Origin: a virus
Taxonomy: Duplodnaviria > Caudoviricetes
Virus record (IMG/VR): IMGVR_UViG_3300035187_002838
Location: 1 to 62,927 of that record
Direction: 5' to 3' (one strand)
DNA: 62,927 nt
The position numbers and the translations under genes were made by a program. Of the stretch, positions 47,298-57,361 are shown piece by piece (the stretch's first letter is position 1; every line of letters begins with the position of its first letter). The notes beneath the pieces were generated by a model. That model saw nothing but the letters and a program-made list of their open reading frames with translations. It did not search any database and was not told the DNA's origin.

Positions 47298-47924
47298 TTG
47301 AAAGGAGAAATTGTGCTATATACCTATACTGTTTATAAGACTATTGACCCAGGTCGTGAAATTGTTCGCTGTGATATTTTTACAAGAGAAGAAGAACTTA
47401 AGTTCTGGCAGGTAACAAAACCTTTTCATGTTAGCGTGTTTGACAATCTTCAAAACAAAAATATTCTTATCTTAAACACTAAAGAAGCTTTAGAAGAGTG
47501 GTTTAATACGGTAGAAGATAAAAGAGTTGCTGCAGAACGGGCGTTTGCTTGGAAACCTGAAATGGATCAAAAGCCTGCAATAGGTAAAGTTGAAAAAGTC
47601 ACTGCAACAGGCAGAATTGACACAGTCACAACAATAATAAATTCAACAGCTGTTAAGCCGACACATTACGAAAACTTCATTGGTGAATATCAATGGATTG
47701 ACGCAATGTCTAGGATTCCCAGATTTAAGGATCCTAAAGTATTCATTGCAGCTGTAGAGTTACAAGTTCGTAAGTATCTCGATCGTAACGGTCGAAAAGA
47801 TGAAGAACTGCAAGAACTGAAGAAAGGTTTGTTCTACTATATGTACATGGTAAAGTACATTCAGAATAACAACACTCCTGTTTTAGCAAAAGATATCCAT
47901 GCAATTATGGAGCACTTTAAGTGA
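47298..47924 (+). CDS. protein with C-terminal DUF3310 (T7 gp1.7-like) domain
   Basis: VKPTHY...KYLDRNGRKD...ELKKGLFY. Confidence 0.6.
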   Translation: MKGEIVLYTYTVYKTIDPGREIVRCDIFTREEELKFWQVTKPFHVSVFDNLQNKNILILNTKEALEEWFNTVEDKRVAAERAFAWKPEMDQKPAIGKVEKVTATGRIDTVTTIINSTAVKPTHYENFIGEYQWIDAMSRIPRFKDPKVFIAAVELQVRKYLDRNGRKDEELQELKKGLFYYMYMVKYIQNNNTPVLAKDIHAIMEHFK

Positions 47925-49786
47925 AAGTGATCTTTGATGCAGAAGCAGATGGATTGCTTCTAGTAGCCAAACGAATGTGGATTTTATCTACATTTGTACA
48001 CGAAACAAAAGACCGTAAAACTTTCTTAGAAAATGACTTAGGCTGGCAAGACCAGTTTAACAATGCAACGCATGTTATTGGCCATAACATTATGGCTTAT
48101 GACTTGCCATTGCTCGAGAAGTTGTTTGGTTACAAATTGCCAAAGCATGTGACACCTATTGATACTATGATTCTATCACAAGTTTTAAACTATAAGAGGT
48201 TCGGAACTGATGGACATAGCTTAGGTCGGTGGGGTGAAGCGCTTGGTCACAAAAAACCTGAGCATGAAGATTGGTCTCAATATTCAGAAGAAATGCGTAT
48301 TCGAAATACTGAAGACGTTGAAATTACAGTTAAAGTGTTTGATACTGTAAGAGCTGAATATCAAGCACTTCTTGCAAAAGAACCTAAGATTAAATTTTAC
48401 ATTAGAGCTGAACATGCTGCAGCTAAATGGTGTGCAACAGCTTCTCTCCACGGCTGGCCTTTTGATGTGCCAGCTGCGAAAACTCTATATGAAAACCTTG
48501 AGACATCGATGGGAAGGGCGTACACAGCTTTGAATGAAAAACTTGGAATGAAATGTGTAGCTGTTGATAAAAAGAAAGGCATTGTTGAAGAGAAGCGGCC
48601 TAAATGGACTAAGCAAGGCTGCTATGATGTTCATACTGCAAATTGGTTTAATATAGATCCATGGTCAGGTTTTGAGGGTGAGGCACGTCCTATTCTAGGT
48701 CCATACTCAAGAGTTGAATTTCAAAATTTAAGTCTAGATTCTGTCACTGATGTAAAAACATTCTTATATCGACATGGTTGGCAGCCTACAGAATGGAACT
48801 ACAAAATTGATGAAGACACAGGTAAGAAAGTAAAATCGTCTCCAAAAATTTCCGAAGACAGTCTTGAGTTTCTAGGCGGTGATGGCAAACTTTATACTGA
48901 GTTTTTAACTGCAAGATCTCGGTATGGTATTCTTAAAACATGGCTAGAAAATACTGATGAAAATGGAATGCTACATGGTGATTGTATGTTGGTCGGAACA
49001 CCTAGTATGCGTGCTAGACATTCAATTATTGTCAATGTTCCAAGTGCCGACAGTCCTTGGGGTAAAGAGATGCGATCGCTTTTTACTTGTTTGCCTGGCT
49101 GGAAATTGATTGGCTGTGATTCGTCTGGTAACCAAGCAAGAGGTCTTGCTCATTATCTTGGTGATGAAAAGTTTATCGATACACTTTTGAATGGCGATAT
49201 CCACCAGTATAATGCAGATGTTCTTACGGCTGTATTGAAATCTATAAATGTAGACTTTGTAGTAAAGCGCTCTCAAGCAAAGCGTATCTTGTATGCGTTC
49301 TTGTTTGGAGCATCTGGTGGCAAATTATGGAGTTATATCTTTGGTGTAATTGACGATATTCAAGGCAAAAAATTAAAGAATGGCTTCCTAAAAGCTGTTC
49401 CTGGATTTAAAGCACTTCTTGAAAAACTCGAAAGCATTTATGGTAAAACATCACAATTCGGTGACGGTTACATTCCTAGCCTTGCTGGTAACCGTATTTA
49501 TGTGGATTCCTTTCACAAGCTTCTTGTGTATCTTTTACAATCTGCTGAAAAAATTACCTGTGCATCGGCTTTAATGCTTACTGTAGAAGCTCTTGAAAAG
49601 GAGAATATTCCATATATCCCGTGTATCTTTTATCACGATGAAATCGATTTCATGGTACCTGAGCAATATGCTGAGCGTGCTGGAGAAATCGGTAAAAAGT
49701 CTTTTGCAGAAGGTCCTAAGTTGTTCGGTATAACGATTATGGACGGTGGCGCAAAAATTGGAAATTCATGGTATGATGTGCATTAA
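47921..49786 (+). CDS. family A DNA polymerase (T7 gp5-like) with 3'-5' exonuclease
   Basis: ExoI FDAEAD, ExoII GHNIMAYD; motif A DSSGNQAR, motif B RSQAKRILYAFLFG, motif C YHDE. Confidence 0.92.
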   Translation: MKVIFDAEADGLLLVAKRMWILSTFVHETKDRKTFLENDLGWQDQFNNATHVIGHNIMAYDLPLLEKLFGYKLPKHVTPIDTMILSQVLNYKRFGTDGHSLGRWGEALGHKKPEHEDWSQYSEEMRIRNTEDVEITVKVFDTVRAEYQALLAKEPKIKFYIRAEHAAAKWCATASLHGWPFDVPAAKTLYENLETSMGRAYTALNEKLGMKCVAVDKKKGIVEEKRPKWTKQGCYDVHTANWFNIDPWSGFEGEARPILGPYSRVEFQNLSLDSVTDVKTFLYRHGWQPTEWNYKIDEDTGKKVKSSPKISEDSLEFLGGDGKLYTEFLTARSRYGILKTWLENTDENGMLHGDCMLVGTPSMRARHSIIVNVPSADSPWGKEMRSLFTCLPGWKLIGCDSSGNQARGLAHYLGDEKFIDTLLNGDIHQYNADVLTAVLKSINVDFVVKRSQAKRILYAFLFGASGGKLWSYIFGVIDDIQGKKLKNGFLKAVPGFKALLEKLESIYGKTSQFGDGYIPSLAGNRIYVDSFHKLLVYLLQSAEKITCASALMLTVEALEKENIPYIPCIFYHDEIDFMVPEQYAERAGEIGKKSFAEGPKLFGITIMDGGAKIGNSWYDVH

Positions 49787-50228
49787 TTGGAACGATATCT
49801 TTACATACAAAGACGGACAGCTTATCTGGAAAATATCACCTTCATACAAAATCAAAGAAGGTGCTGTTGCTGGGAATAAAACGGGTCCAGGTTATTGGCA
49901 AATATGTTTTAAGGGTAAGTTTTACAAATTACATAGAATTATTTGGCAAATGTTCTATGGTGAAATTCCACAGGACTTAGAGATAGATCATATTGATCGT
50001 GACAAAGACAACAATAGGATTGAAAATTTAAGGCTTGCAACACGCTCTGAAAATGCAAACAACAGAGATGCTCAATCTAATAATAAACTAGGTGTAGCTG
50101 GAGTTGTAAAAGATGGAAATAAATTTGTAGCTTATATCAGAATAAACAATAAAACAGTTAATCTAGGTAGGTTTAATACTATTTTAGAAGCAAGCTCAAC
50201 TTATCAAAAGGCAAAACTCGAGATTTAA
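49773..50228 (+). CDS. free-standing HNH endonuclease with AP2-like C-terminus
   Basis: HRIIW...IDHIDRDKDNNRIENLR; NLGRFNT..EA. Confidence 0.85.
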   Translation: MMCINWNDIFTYKDGQLIWKISPSYKIKEGAVAGNKTGPGYWQICFKGKFYKLHRIIWQMFYGEIPQDLEIDHIDRDKDNNRIENLRLATRSENANNRDAQSNNKLGVAGVVKDGNKFVAYIRINNKTVNLGRFNTILEASSTYQKAKLEI

Positions 50229-50229
50229 A

Positions 50230-50562
50230 ATGAATACTGACCCTAAACCAAGCACTCTCGCTTACACTATTCCAAAGCCAGTTAAACGATCTCAAAAGAA
50301 TCCTTTACATCTAGAGGCTCGCTATAGTATACCTCCAGACAGACAAATTGGAACAACTACTGCAATTGCATTTGAAACGATTGCTAAAGCAATTAGAAAC
50401 CCTTACACTTGGATTCCTATTTCGGATCACTATGGTACTGTCGAGGCTGATAAGCATTTACAAATGGTAATAAGTACAATATGCAGCTCTCTTGGATTGA
50501 GACAAATTTATTTCAAAATGCTAAATTCAAGACACTTTGTAGCTTTTGGAGATCCTAAGTGA
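50230..50562 (+). CDS. hypothetical protein
   Basis: 110-aa ORF in operon. Confidence 0.55.
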   Translation: MNTDPKPSTLAYTIPKPVKRSQKNPLHLEARYSIPPDRQIGTTTAIAFETIAKAIRNPYTWIPISDHYGTVEADKHLQMVISTICSSLGLRQIYFKMLNSRHFVAFGDPK

Positions 50563-50846
50563 AATTTCTCTTTAAAGAATATTTGCTTGTTGTACTCGCA
50601 GAAGAAGCTGCAGAAGTTCAGAAAGAAGCTCTCAAGTGTCTTCGATTTGGAATTAATCATTCTGAAGTAGAAGGTCACCAAAGTAATCTGGATAAGCTTG
50701 AAACTGAGTGGAACGAGCTAGTCGCAATTGTTGAAATGTTGAATGAGGAAGGCGTTAAGCTTAGAACATTCACTAAACTTATTGAAGCTAAGAAAGCAAG
50801 AACAGGATTCTATTATGAAAAATTCAGCAAACCCGATGAAGTATAA
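50559..50846 (+). CDS. MazG-like nucleotide pyrophosphohydrolase
   Basis: LAEEAAEV...KCLRFG...LETEWNEL. Confidence 0.6.
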   Translation: MKFLFKEYLLVVLAEEAAEVQKEALKCLRFGINHSEVEGHQSNLDKLETEWNELVAIVEMLNEEGVKLRTFTKLIEAKKARTGFYYEKFSKPDEV

Positions 50847-51057
50847 GGTAATGGTTGGCTTTAAGCAGTATTTGGACTTTAGTAAAGGATACACGTACCT
50901 TTCTGATAAAGAGTACAAAAAAGACGATTTAGTACTTGTTCATGCAGGTAATTGGTATTCTGTAGGTAAGGTTGAAAGCTGCTCTGATCTTGTGGAAAAA
51001 GATCTAGATCCGCATGTCAAATATAAAGCTGTTATTCAAAAAGTAGAAGTTGAATGA
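50836..51057 (+). CDS. hypothetical protein
   Basis: MKYKVMVGF...YTY...DLVLV; within track ORF 50743..51057. Confidence 0.55.
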   Translation: MKYKVMVGFKQYLDFSKGYTYLSDKEYKKDDLVLVHAGNWYSVGKVESCSDLVEKDLDPHVKYKAVIQKVEVE

Positions 51058-51551
51058 ATATCTTTATCTTAGAAGTAAACCCTCAAGTTGCAGCTCAAAT
51101 GTTAATGGACAAACATGTTGTCAAGATGGCATTAGAGACTGCACAAATTCTTTCCACAGTCAGCGGAGGCCCTTATAAGCCAACTCATAAGAATCATCCG
51201 TGTGTGCTTTGGGCAGGCTCCTTTTCAGAAAATTATGCTTGGCTAGTAGAACATGGTATCGGTATTTGTAATGAATATAGATATCGATATGGAAAAGAGC
51301 ATAAGTGTCAGGAAGTAATTTACAAGCTTAGAAATCCTCCGAACACACTTACAAAAGGACTCTCACCCTTTGTGCAATGCATGCCAGATGAATACAAAAA
51401 AGAACTTGCTGTAGACGCTTATAGAGCATATTACCATAGCAAGCGATCATTTGCAACTTGGACTAAACGTAGTAAACCTTATTGGTGGAAAGTAGAAGAT
51501 GTTCAAAGTACCCGAACAACATCGATTGACCCAAGGTCCATCGTCATTTAG
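51054..51551 (+). CDS. pyrimidine-dimer DNA glycosylase-like protein
   Basis: MNIF.L...DKHVVKM.LE.AQILS, YKPTHKNHPC..W, EY..RYGK.H, QCMPDEYK. Confidence 0.8.
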   Translation: MNIFILEVNPQVAAQMLMDKHVVKMALETAQILSTVSGGPYKPTHKNHPCVLWAGSFSENYAWLVEHGIGICNEYRYRYGKEHKCQEVIYKLRNPPNTLTKGLSPFVQCMPDEYKKELAVDAYRAYYHSKRSFATWTKRSKPYWWKVEDVQSTRTTSIDPRSIVI

Positions 51552-51633
51552 TTGGAAATGCTTTAAGTGCAACGGTAAAACAAATAATTATTTTGTAAAA
51601 TGTTTGTATTGCAATCAAAGGAGGTATATTTGA
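51499..51633 (+). CDS. 44-aa zinc-ribbon peptide (not in ORF track)
   Basis: WKCFKC-x10-CLYC; stop overlaps TTG start of the exonuclease. Confidence 0.5.
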   Translation: MFKVPEQHRLTQGPSSFSWKCFKCNGKTNNYFVKCLYCNQRRYI

Positions 51634-52454
51634 CAATAGCAATAATTGATGGAGACGTTTTGTGCTACCAAGCATGTAAGCCTCGTTGGGAAAAGAAAGC
51701 GAGAATTGAGGATGGAGTTTCTTTCATATCACTAGATGACAGTGGTAGCCGAATTCCTCTCGAATGGACAAAGGATGAAGATAGACATTACTTAGAAGAG
51801 TCTTGGGAAAATCTTAAGAAAGACCTGAGTTCACTTCTTGACGTTCTTTTCTGTACGGAATATTTAATGGCTGTAAAAGGCTCTGGAAATTTCAGAAACA
51901 GTCTCTATCCCGAATACAAGCTTAATAGGCACGCAGACCCTAATAGACAAAACCACTTTGTTCCAACACTTAGAAAATTAGCTGTTGCTGAAGATTTAGC
52001 AGTAGAAGCTACTGGAAGAGAAGCTGATGATTTAATGCGGATGTGGGCCGAAGAGGCAATAGCATCAGGTGATGAGTATGTAATTTGCTCGATAGATAAA
52101 GACTTAAAATGTATTCCAGGTAAACACTACTTGATGCATAAAAAAGAGTTTATAACAGTAAGTCCAGATGAAGCTCTTAGACACTATTATGAGCAACTTT
52201 TAAAAGGCGATCCAACAGATAATATACCTGGAGTGCCACGTGTAGGCGAGGTTAAAGCTAAAAAGTTTCTAGAAAATTGTCAAACTGAAAATGAATTTCA
52301 GGAAGCCGTTGTAGACCAATATTTAATGGCGTATGGCGATGATTGGAAACAATATCTGCTGAGTAATGGAAAGATGATTTATCTTCAGAAACATAAAGAT
52401 GATTACTTTAAAGTAGAAGATTGGCCGATAGTACGAGAGTTAGGAGGTTTATGA
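51630..52454 (+). CDS. 5'-3' exonuclease (T7 gp6/FEN-like)
   Basis: IDGD, FR..LYPEYK.NR, EADD, SIDKDL, GDPTDNIPG; AGGAGG RBS before TTG. Confidence 0.88.
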   Translation: MTIAIIDGDVLCYQACKPRWEKKARIEDGVSFISLDDSGSRIPLEWTKDEDRHYLEESWENLKKDLSSLLDVLFCTEYLMAVKGSGNFRNSLYPEYKLNRHADPNRQNHFVPTLRKLAVAEDLAVEATGREADDLMRMWAEEAIASGDEYVICSIDKDLKCIPGKHYLMHKKEFITVSPDEALRHYYEQLLKGDPTDNIPGVPRVGEVKAKKFLENCQTENEFQEAVVDQYLMAYGDDWKQYLLSNGKMIYLQKHKDDYFKVEDWPIVRELGGL

Positions 52455-52945
52455 AATTTGAAGGTGTAGTGCCTTCCATCTCAATTCCAGTTTCTATTCC
52501 AAAACAAACACGTTTTAATAATGGACACTGGTGCTTCCCTGAGCAGATGGGAGACTCAGTAGGGTTTATCTATGTAATACGTGATACGATTCTTGAGAGA
52601 TTCTACCTAGGTAAGAAACTGTTTGTAGGTACAGGTAAGCTTAATAAAGGTAAGGAATCTAATTGGAAAAAGTACACATCTTCCTCAAAAGTTTTAAATG
52701 AACTTTTAAAGCATAGACCTAAAGAAGAGTTTGATTTTGTTTGTTTAGAGCAATATAAAACAAAAGGCACATTGTCATATTCAGAGACATGGTCTTTATG
52801 TTTTGTAGAAGCACCTACAAACAAAATGTGGTATAACACTTTGATTGAAAAAGTTTCATGGCCTGTTAAAGAGCCTATCACAGCCAGGCACAGAGATAGA
52901 TTATTTAAGGTCTGTAATGGACACAATTTTAAGGATGAGATATGA
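52451..52945 (+). CDS. GIY-YIG-like nuclease
   Basis: GFIY.I......FYLGKK...WKKYTSSS. Confidence 0.6.
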   Translation: MKFEGVVPSISIPVSIPKQTRFNNGHWCFPEQMGDSVGFIYVIRDTILERFYLGKKLFVGTGKLNKGKESNWKKYTSSSKVLNELLKHRPKEEFDFVCLEQYKTKGTLSYSETWSLCFVEAPTNKMWYNTLIEKVSWPVKEPITARHRDRLFKVCNGHNFKDEI

Positions 52946-53175
52946 AAACTTTTGCTAAAGTTATTGACATTGTAAACTTCTTTATTATTGCATTTGGTGT
53001 TTACGCTTGTATTACAGCTTTTACGAAGCTGCTTGATGTGCCTGAATGGAGTCATTTTGAATATCTCGGAGCAGCATTCTCTGCACTTATCTTTGGAGCT
53101 TTTCTTTCAGCTATTAAAGGACATCTTGTAGAAAATGGGCAAAATCGTCAAAAAGAATCTGAAATGTCTAAGTAA
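52942..53175 (+). CDS. small membrane protein
   Basis: Two hydrophobic helices. Confidence 0.5.
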   Translation: MKTFAKVIDIVNFFIIAFGVYACITAFTKLLDVPEWSHFEYLGAAFSALIFGAFLSAIKGHLVENGQNRQKESEMSK

Positions 53176-54775
53176 AGACTGTAGCTCAAGTGATGCAAGA
53201 CAGCTTTATGAGAACGGGACTTCTTTTTGTTTCTCATGCGAAGGTTGGTTTCCTAAACAAGATAATGAGGAACTAGAAGTGCCAGAAGTTAGAAAAGCAC
53301 CAGATTTCTTTAAAAAATTAATGGGTATTGAAGAAATCCAAGAGCTGCCAATAAGAGGCTTTAAAGAAAGAGGAATTACAAAACAAGTTTGTGAATTCTT
53401 TGATGTTAGAGTCTCTTATGGAGAAAACGGAGAAATTGATGCCCATTATTATCCGTACGATGATGGCAAAGCTTATAAAGTCAGAAAACTGCCTAAGGAT
53501 TTTACTTGGACAGGTAAATCTTCGAATCTGTTTGGCCAGACTAAATTTAATGGTGCAGGTAAACGGCTTATTATCACTGAAGGTGAAATCGATGCTTTAT
53601 CGGTTGCACAGGCATCTTACGATAAATATAAAAAAGTTTATCCAGTAGTTGCAATGTCATCTGCTACGATGACAAAGGCATTACTAGAGAATAGAGATTG
53701 GATTAGGTCTTTTAATGAAATTGTACTTTGTTTAGATAACGACGATGCTGGAAAGAAAGCTACTGAAGAAGCTATTAAGATAATTGGTATTGATAAGGCT
53801 AAGCTAGTAAAGCTACCTTGTAAAGATGCTAATGAAGTCTTAACAAAGTTTGACAGCAATCGTTTGATGCAATGCATCTTTGATGCTGCACCATATGTGC
53901 CAGCAGGTATTATTGGTAAAGAAGAACTTTGGGAAGCGCTTCAAAATTATAATAATGCACCTTCAGTACCGTATCCACCGTGTTTAGCTGGTGTTAACAC
54001 TAAGTTAAAAGGCATGCGTGGTGGAGAGATAACTCTGTTTATATCGGGTACAGGTAGCGGCAAGTCTACAATACTTAGAGAGATAATGCTTGATATCTTA
54101 TTTAACACAGAAGATAAAATAGGCATTGTAAGCCTTGAGGAATCTCCTGCTGAAACAGCTAGAAAGTTAGCAGGAATGGCTATCAATTTAAATCCAGCAA
54201 AAGAAGAAATTCCTTTAAATAAATTGAAAATTGGATTTGACTCTGTCTTTGCGTCGGACAGAGTTGTATTGCTAGATCATCAAGGTTCAATAAATGACAA
54301 CAGTATTGTAGATCAGCTTGAATACATGTGTCTTGTAGGGTGTAAATATTTATTTATAGATCATATTACTATTCTTGTTTCAGAGGGTGTTGAGAATCTA
54401 ACAGGCAATGAAGCTCAAGACAAAGTAATGAATGACTTGCTGAGACTTGTTAAAAGACATCCGCAAACTTGGATCGGTTTAGTTTCTCATTTAAGAAAAG
54501 CTCCAAATAATAAGGGTTCTTTTGAAGAAGGTAGATTACCTTCTATTGATGATATCCGGGGCTCAGGCTCTATCAAACAAATTTCCTTTGATATTATTTC
54601 TTTTGCAAGAAATCTAACAGCAGACAGCGAAGTTGAAAGAAATACAATTAAAATGAGAATTCTTAAATCACGCTACACAGGTCTTACAGGTGACGTTAAG
54701 GGTGCTCATTATGTATACGATACTGGAAGGTTAGTAGCTTCTACAGCTGACGTAGAAGAATTTGTAACGATTTAA
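53135..54775 (+). CDS. primase-helicase (T7 gp4-like)
   Basis: Zn finger C..C...FCFSC; TOPRIM ITEGEID and LDNDDAG; Walker A GTGSGKS; IDHI; RGSGSIKQ. Confidence 0.92.
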   Translation: MGKIVKKNLKCLSKDCSSSDARQLYENGTSFCFSCEGWFPKQDNEELEVPEVRKAPDFFKKLMGIEEIQELPIRGFKERGITKQVCEFFDVRVSYGENGEIDAHYYPYDDGKAYKVRKLPKDFTWTGKSSNLFGQTKFNGAGKRLIITEGEIDALSVAQASYDKYKKVYPVVAMSSATMTKALLENRDWIRSFNEIVLCLDNDDAGKKATEEAIKIIGIDKAKLVKLPCKDANEVLTKFDSNRLMQCIFDAAPYVPAGIIGKEELWEALQNYNNAPSVPYPPCLAGVNTKLKGMRGGEITLFISGTGSGKSTILREIMLDILFNTEDKIGIVSLEESPAETARKLAGMAINLNPAKEEIPLNKLKIGFDSVFASDRVVLLDHQGSINDNSIVDQLEYMCLVGCKYLFIDHITILVSEGVENLTGNEAQDKVMNDLLRLVKRHPQTWIGLVSHLRKAPNNKGSFEEGRLPSIDDIRGSGSIKQISFDIISFARNLTADSEVERNTIKMRILKSRYTGLTGDVKGAHYVYDTGRLVASTADVEEFVTI

Positions 54776-54787
54776 ACAGGAATTTGA

Positions 54788-56692
54788 ATGACTGAGATAC
54801 AAACGCCCTGGTCCACTGTGGGCTATCTGACATATAAAAGAACATATGCAAGGCCTTTAGAAGGTACGTCTGCAACAGAGGAGTTTGCAGACACTGTTGA
54901 GCGTATTATTGCAGCTTGTAAAACTCAACTTAATGTTGGTTTTACAGAAGATGAAGAAGCACGTTTGAGAGAATATTTCTTAAAGCTCAAATGTTCTGTC
55001 GCTGGAAGATTCTTATGGCAGTTGGGTACAAAAACAGTAGACAGGTTAGGTTTAGCAAGTCTTCAGAATTGTGCGTTTACTGTTGTAGACAATCCTGTTA
55101 GACCGTTTTGTTGGGCAATGGACATGCTTGCGTTGGGTTCTGGTGTAGGCTATAACATTCAAAGACAACATGTGAATAAACTTCCTGTTGTTCGTGAATG
55201 GTTTAAAGCACCTACTAGAGTAGATCATGGCGGTGCTGATTTCATTATTCCTGATTCTCGAGAGGGTTGGGTGCAGTTTCTTGGTAAGACGCTTAAAGCT
55301 GCATTTTTATCTGAACGAAAAGAAAAAGGAACCTTTACATATTCTACACAAGCTATTCGAGGTAAGGGTGCACCTATCAAAGGCTTTGGTGGTGTTGCGT
55401 CTGGTCCTGAAGACTTGTGTTGGGGTATTGGAAAGATTTCTGAAATTCTTCAAAAGAGACATGGAAAGAAAATTCGTCCGATCGACGCATTAGATATCAT
55501 GAATATTATTGGTCACATTATTGTGGCAGGTAATGTTAGACGTTCTGCGCAAATTGCGTTGGGCGACCCTGATGATGTCGAATATTTGCTTGCAAAGCGT
55601 TGGGACATGGGTAGCATTCCTTCATGGCGTGCAATGTCTAATAATAGCGTTGTGTGTGAGAATATTGAAGATTTGCATGATTACTTCTGGGATGGCTACG
55701 AAGGTAAAGGCGAGCCCTATGGCCTTATTAATCTCGCTTTATCTCGCAAAGTCGGAAGACTTGGTGAGGATCAATATCCCGATCCTGAAGTTATGGGCTA
55801 CAACCCATGCGCTGAGCAATCTCTTGCACCATATGAAACATGCTGTCTCGCTGAGGTTTTCTTGCCTAATGTTGAAAGTAAGGAAGAATTCTTAGATATT
55901 CTTGAACTACTGTATCGCATCAATAAACACTCTCTTACATTACCTTCACATAATCATGAAACCGAGCGCATTGTCCACAAGAATATGCGTATGGGTATTG
56001 GCTTAACAGGTATTCTTCAAGCTTCTGAAGAGCAAAATTCTTGGATGAACGAAGGCTATGAGTATTTGAGAGACTTCGATGAGCGCTACTCTGAGCTCAA
56101 GGATTTCAACATTTCAATCAAGCTTACAACAGTCAAACCTTCTGGAACTTTGTCGCTACTTCCTGGTGTGACTCCTGGAATTCATCCTGCGTATGCACAG
56201 TATATGTATCGCAGAATTAGAATTGCAGCTGGTCATCCATTAGTAGAAACATGCAGACTTGCTGGATATCCTATTGAGTATGTTAAGAACTTTGATGGCT
56301 CTGAAGACTATAATACAGTCGTCGTAACTTTCCCGTTCTCATACCCAGAAGGTACTAAGCTGGCTAACGAAATGACAGCGTTAGATCAACTGAATCAAAT
56401 TAGGCGATTGCAAACAAACTGGTCTGATAATAGTGTGTCTTGCACGATTTATTATCGTAAGGAAGAAATCCCTGAAATAAAAGCGTATTTAAGAGATAAT
56501 TATAAAGACAATCATAAGAGTCTTTCATTCCTACTACACTCTGAACATGGCTTTGCACAGGCACCGTATCAAGAAATTACAAAGGAACAATATGACGAAC
56601 TTGTGGCAAAAACTAGGGTTATCTCCAGCCTCAACAGTGCCGAATTCGAAAGCAGTGACGAATGCGCCTCAGGGGCTTGTCCAATCCGATAA
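54788..56692 (+). CDS. nrdJ: class II (adenosylcobalamin-dependent) ribonucleotide reductase
   Basis: GNVRRSA, YNPCAEQ, TVKPSGT, C-terminal CASGACP; no beta-subunit gene seen. Confidence 0.88.
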   Translation: MTEIQTPWSTVGYLTYKRTYARPLEGTSATEEFADTVERIIAACKTQLNVGFTEDEEARLREYFLKLKCSVAGRFLWQLGTKTVDRLGLASLQNCAFTVVDNPVRPFCWAMDMLALGSGVGYNIQRQHVNKLPVVREWFKAPTRVDHGGADFIIPDSREGWVQFLGKTLKAAFLSERKEKGTFTYSTQAIRGKGAPIKGFGGVASGPEDLCWGIGKISEILQKRHGKKIRPIDALDIMNIIGHIIVAGNVRRSAQIALGDPDDVEYLLAKRWDMGSIPSWRAMSNNSVVCENIEDLHDYFWDGYEGKGEPYGLINLALSRKVGRLGEDQYPDPEVMGYNPCAEQSLAPYETCCLAEVFLPNVESKEEFLDILELLYRINKHSLTLPSHNHETERIVHKNMRMGIGLTGILQASEEQNSWMNEGYEYLRDFDERYSELKDFNISIKLTTVKPSGTLSLLPGVTPGIHPAYAQYMYRRIRIAAGHPLVETCRLAGYPIEYVKNFDGSEDYNTVVVTFPFSYPEGTKLANEMTALDQLNQIRRLQTNWSDNSVSCTIYYRKEEIPEIKAYLRDNYKDNHKSLSFLLHSEHGFAQAPYQEITKEQYDELVAKTRVISSLNSAEFESSDECASGACPIR

Positions 56693-56915
56693 GAAAGCTG
56701 AATTGATTTTAGAAGATGGTCGATTTGCAACTATTTACAAAGTCAAACTAGGGCATGTAGTAGCGGCACAAGATCCTGATGCATTGCATTTTGCTGTAAA
56801 ACTTATTGCACAATGTGTAAAGGTTGATGATAAAATTCCGACATTCCAAGAAATTATGAACTTCGATTTACATGATTACTATAAAATCATGAATCATTTG
56901 TCAACAAATAAATAA
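56655..56915 (+). CDS. hypothetical protein (start uncertain)
   Basis: C-terminal part of track ORF 56547..56915. Confidence 0.5.
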   Translation: MTNAPQGLVQSDKKAELILEDGRFATIYKVKLGHVVAAQDPDALHFAVKLIAQCVKVDDKIPTFQEIMNFDLHDYYKIMNHLSTNK

Positions 56916-56959
56916 CTAAATGGGTAGCAACATCGCTACCCTTTAAAATTGAAAGCATT

Positions 56960-57169
56960 ATGAAAACAGAAGACGAAAAAAGCTTTTATATGGTATATGT
57001 AGCAGGCCGAAACGGACCTGGAAAATCGCATGATACTTATGCTGAAGCCCATGCTGAAGCTAGACGATTGGGCGGTTTGCATTTAAATCAAAAAGTTTAT
57101 ATTCTAAAAGCATGCGAGTATTTAATTAGCGAAATTCCGCTACCAAAACGAGTAAGCTTAAAGGACTAA
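56960..57169 (+). CDS. hypothetical phage protein
   Basis: H.TY.EA..EARRL...VYILK. Confidence 0.6.
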   Translation: MKTEDEKSFYMVYVAGRNGPGKSHDTYAEAHAEARRLGGLHLNQKVYILKACEYLISEIPLPKRVSLKD

Positions 57170-57361
57170 ATGGATAGGCTAGCTACAATATCAGAGGCAG
57201 TAACCGAGTATGTCTTTAACGTAGGTAGAGACAGAAAAGACTCTGCTTGGATTTTAAGCCCTTTTGACACATGGCATAAAAATCCTTTTTACAAAGGGCC
57301 TCCTCAACCACATCCGGAAGATCCAGATGACGATTACTTTCTTTCTGAAGAAACACAATAG
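57170..57361 (+). CDS. hypothetical phage protein
   Basis: WILSPFDTWHKNPFYKGPPQPHPE. Confidence 0.65.
   Translation: MDRLATISEAVTEYVFNVGRDRKDSAWILSPFDTWHKNPFYKGPPQPHPEDPDDDYFLSEETQ

Noticed and set aside
49773-50228. HNH gene as part of an intron in the DNA polymerase
   Set aside because: Polymerase is complete through motif C to its stop; no group I core elements flank the HNH
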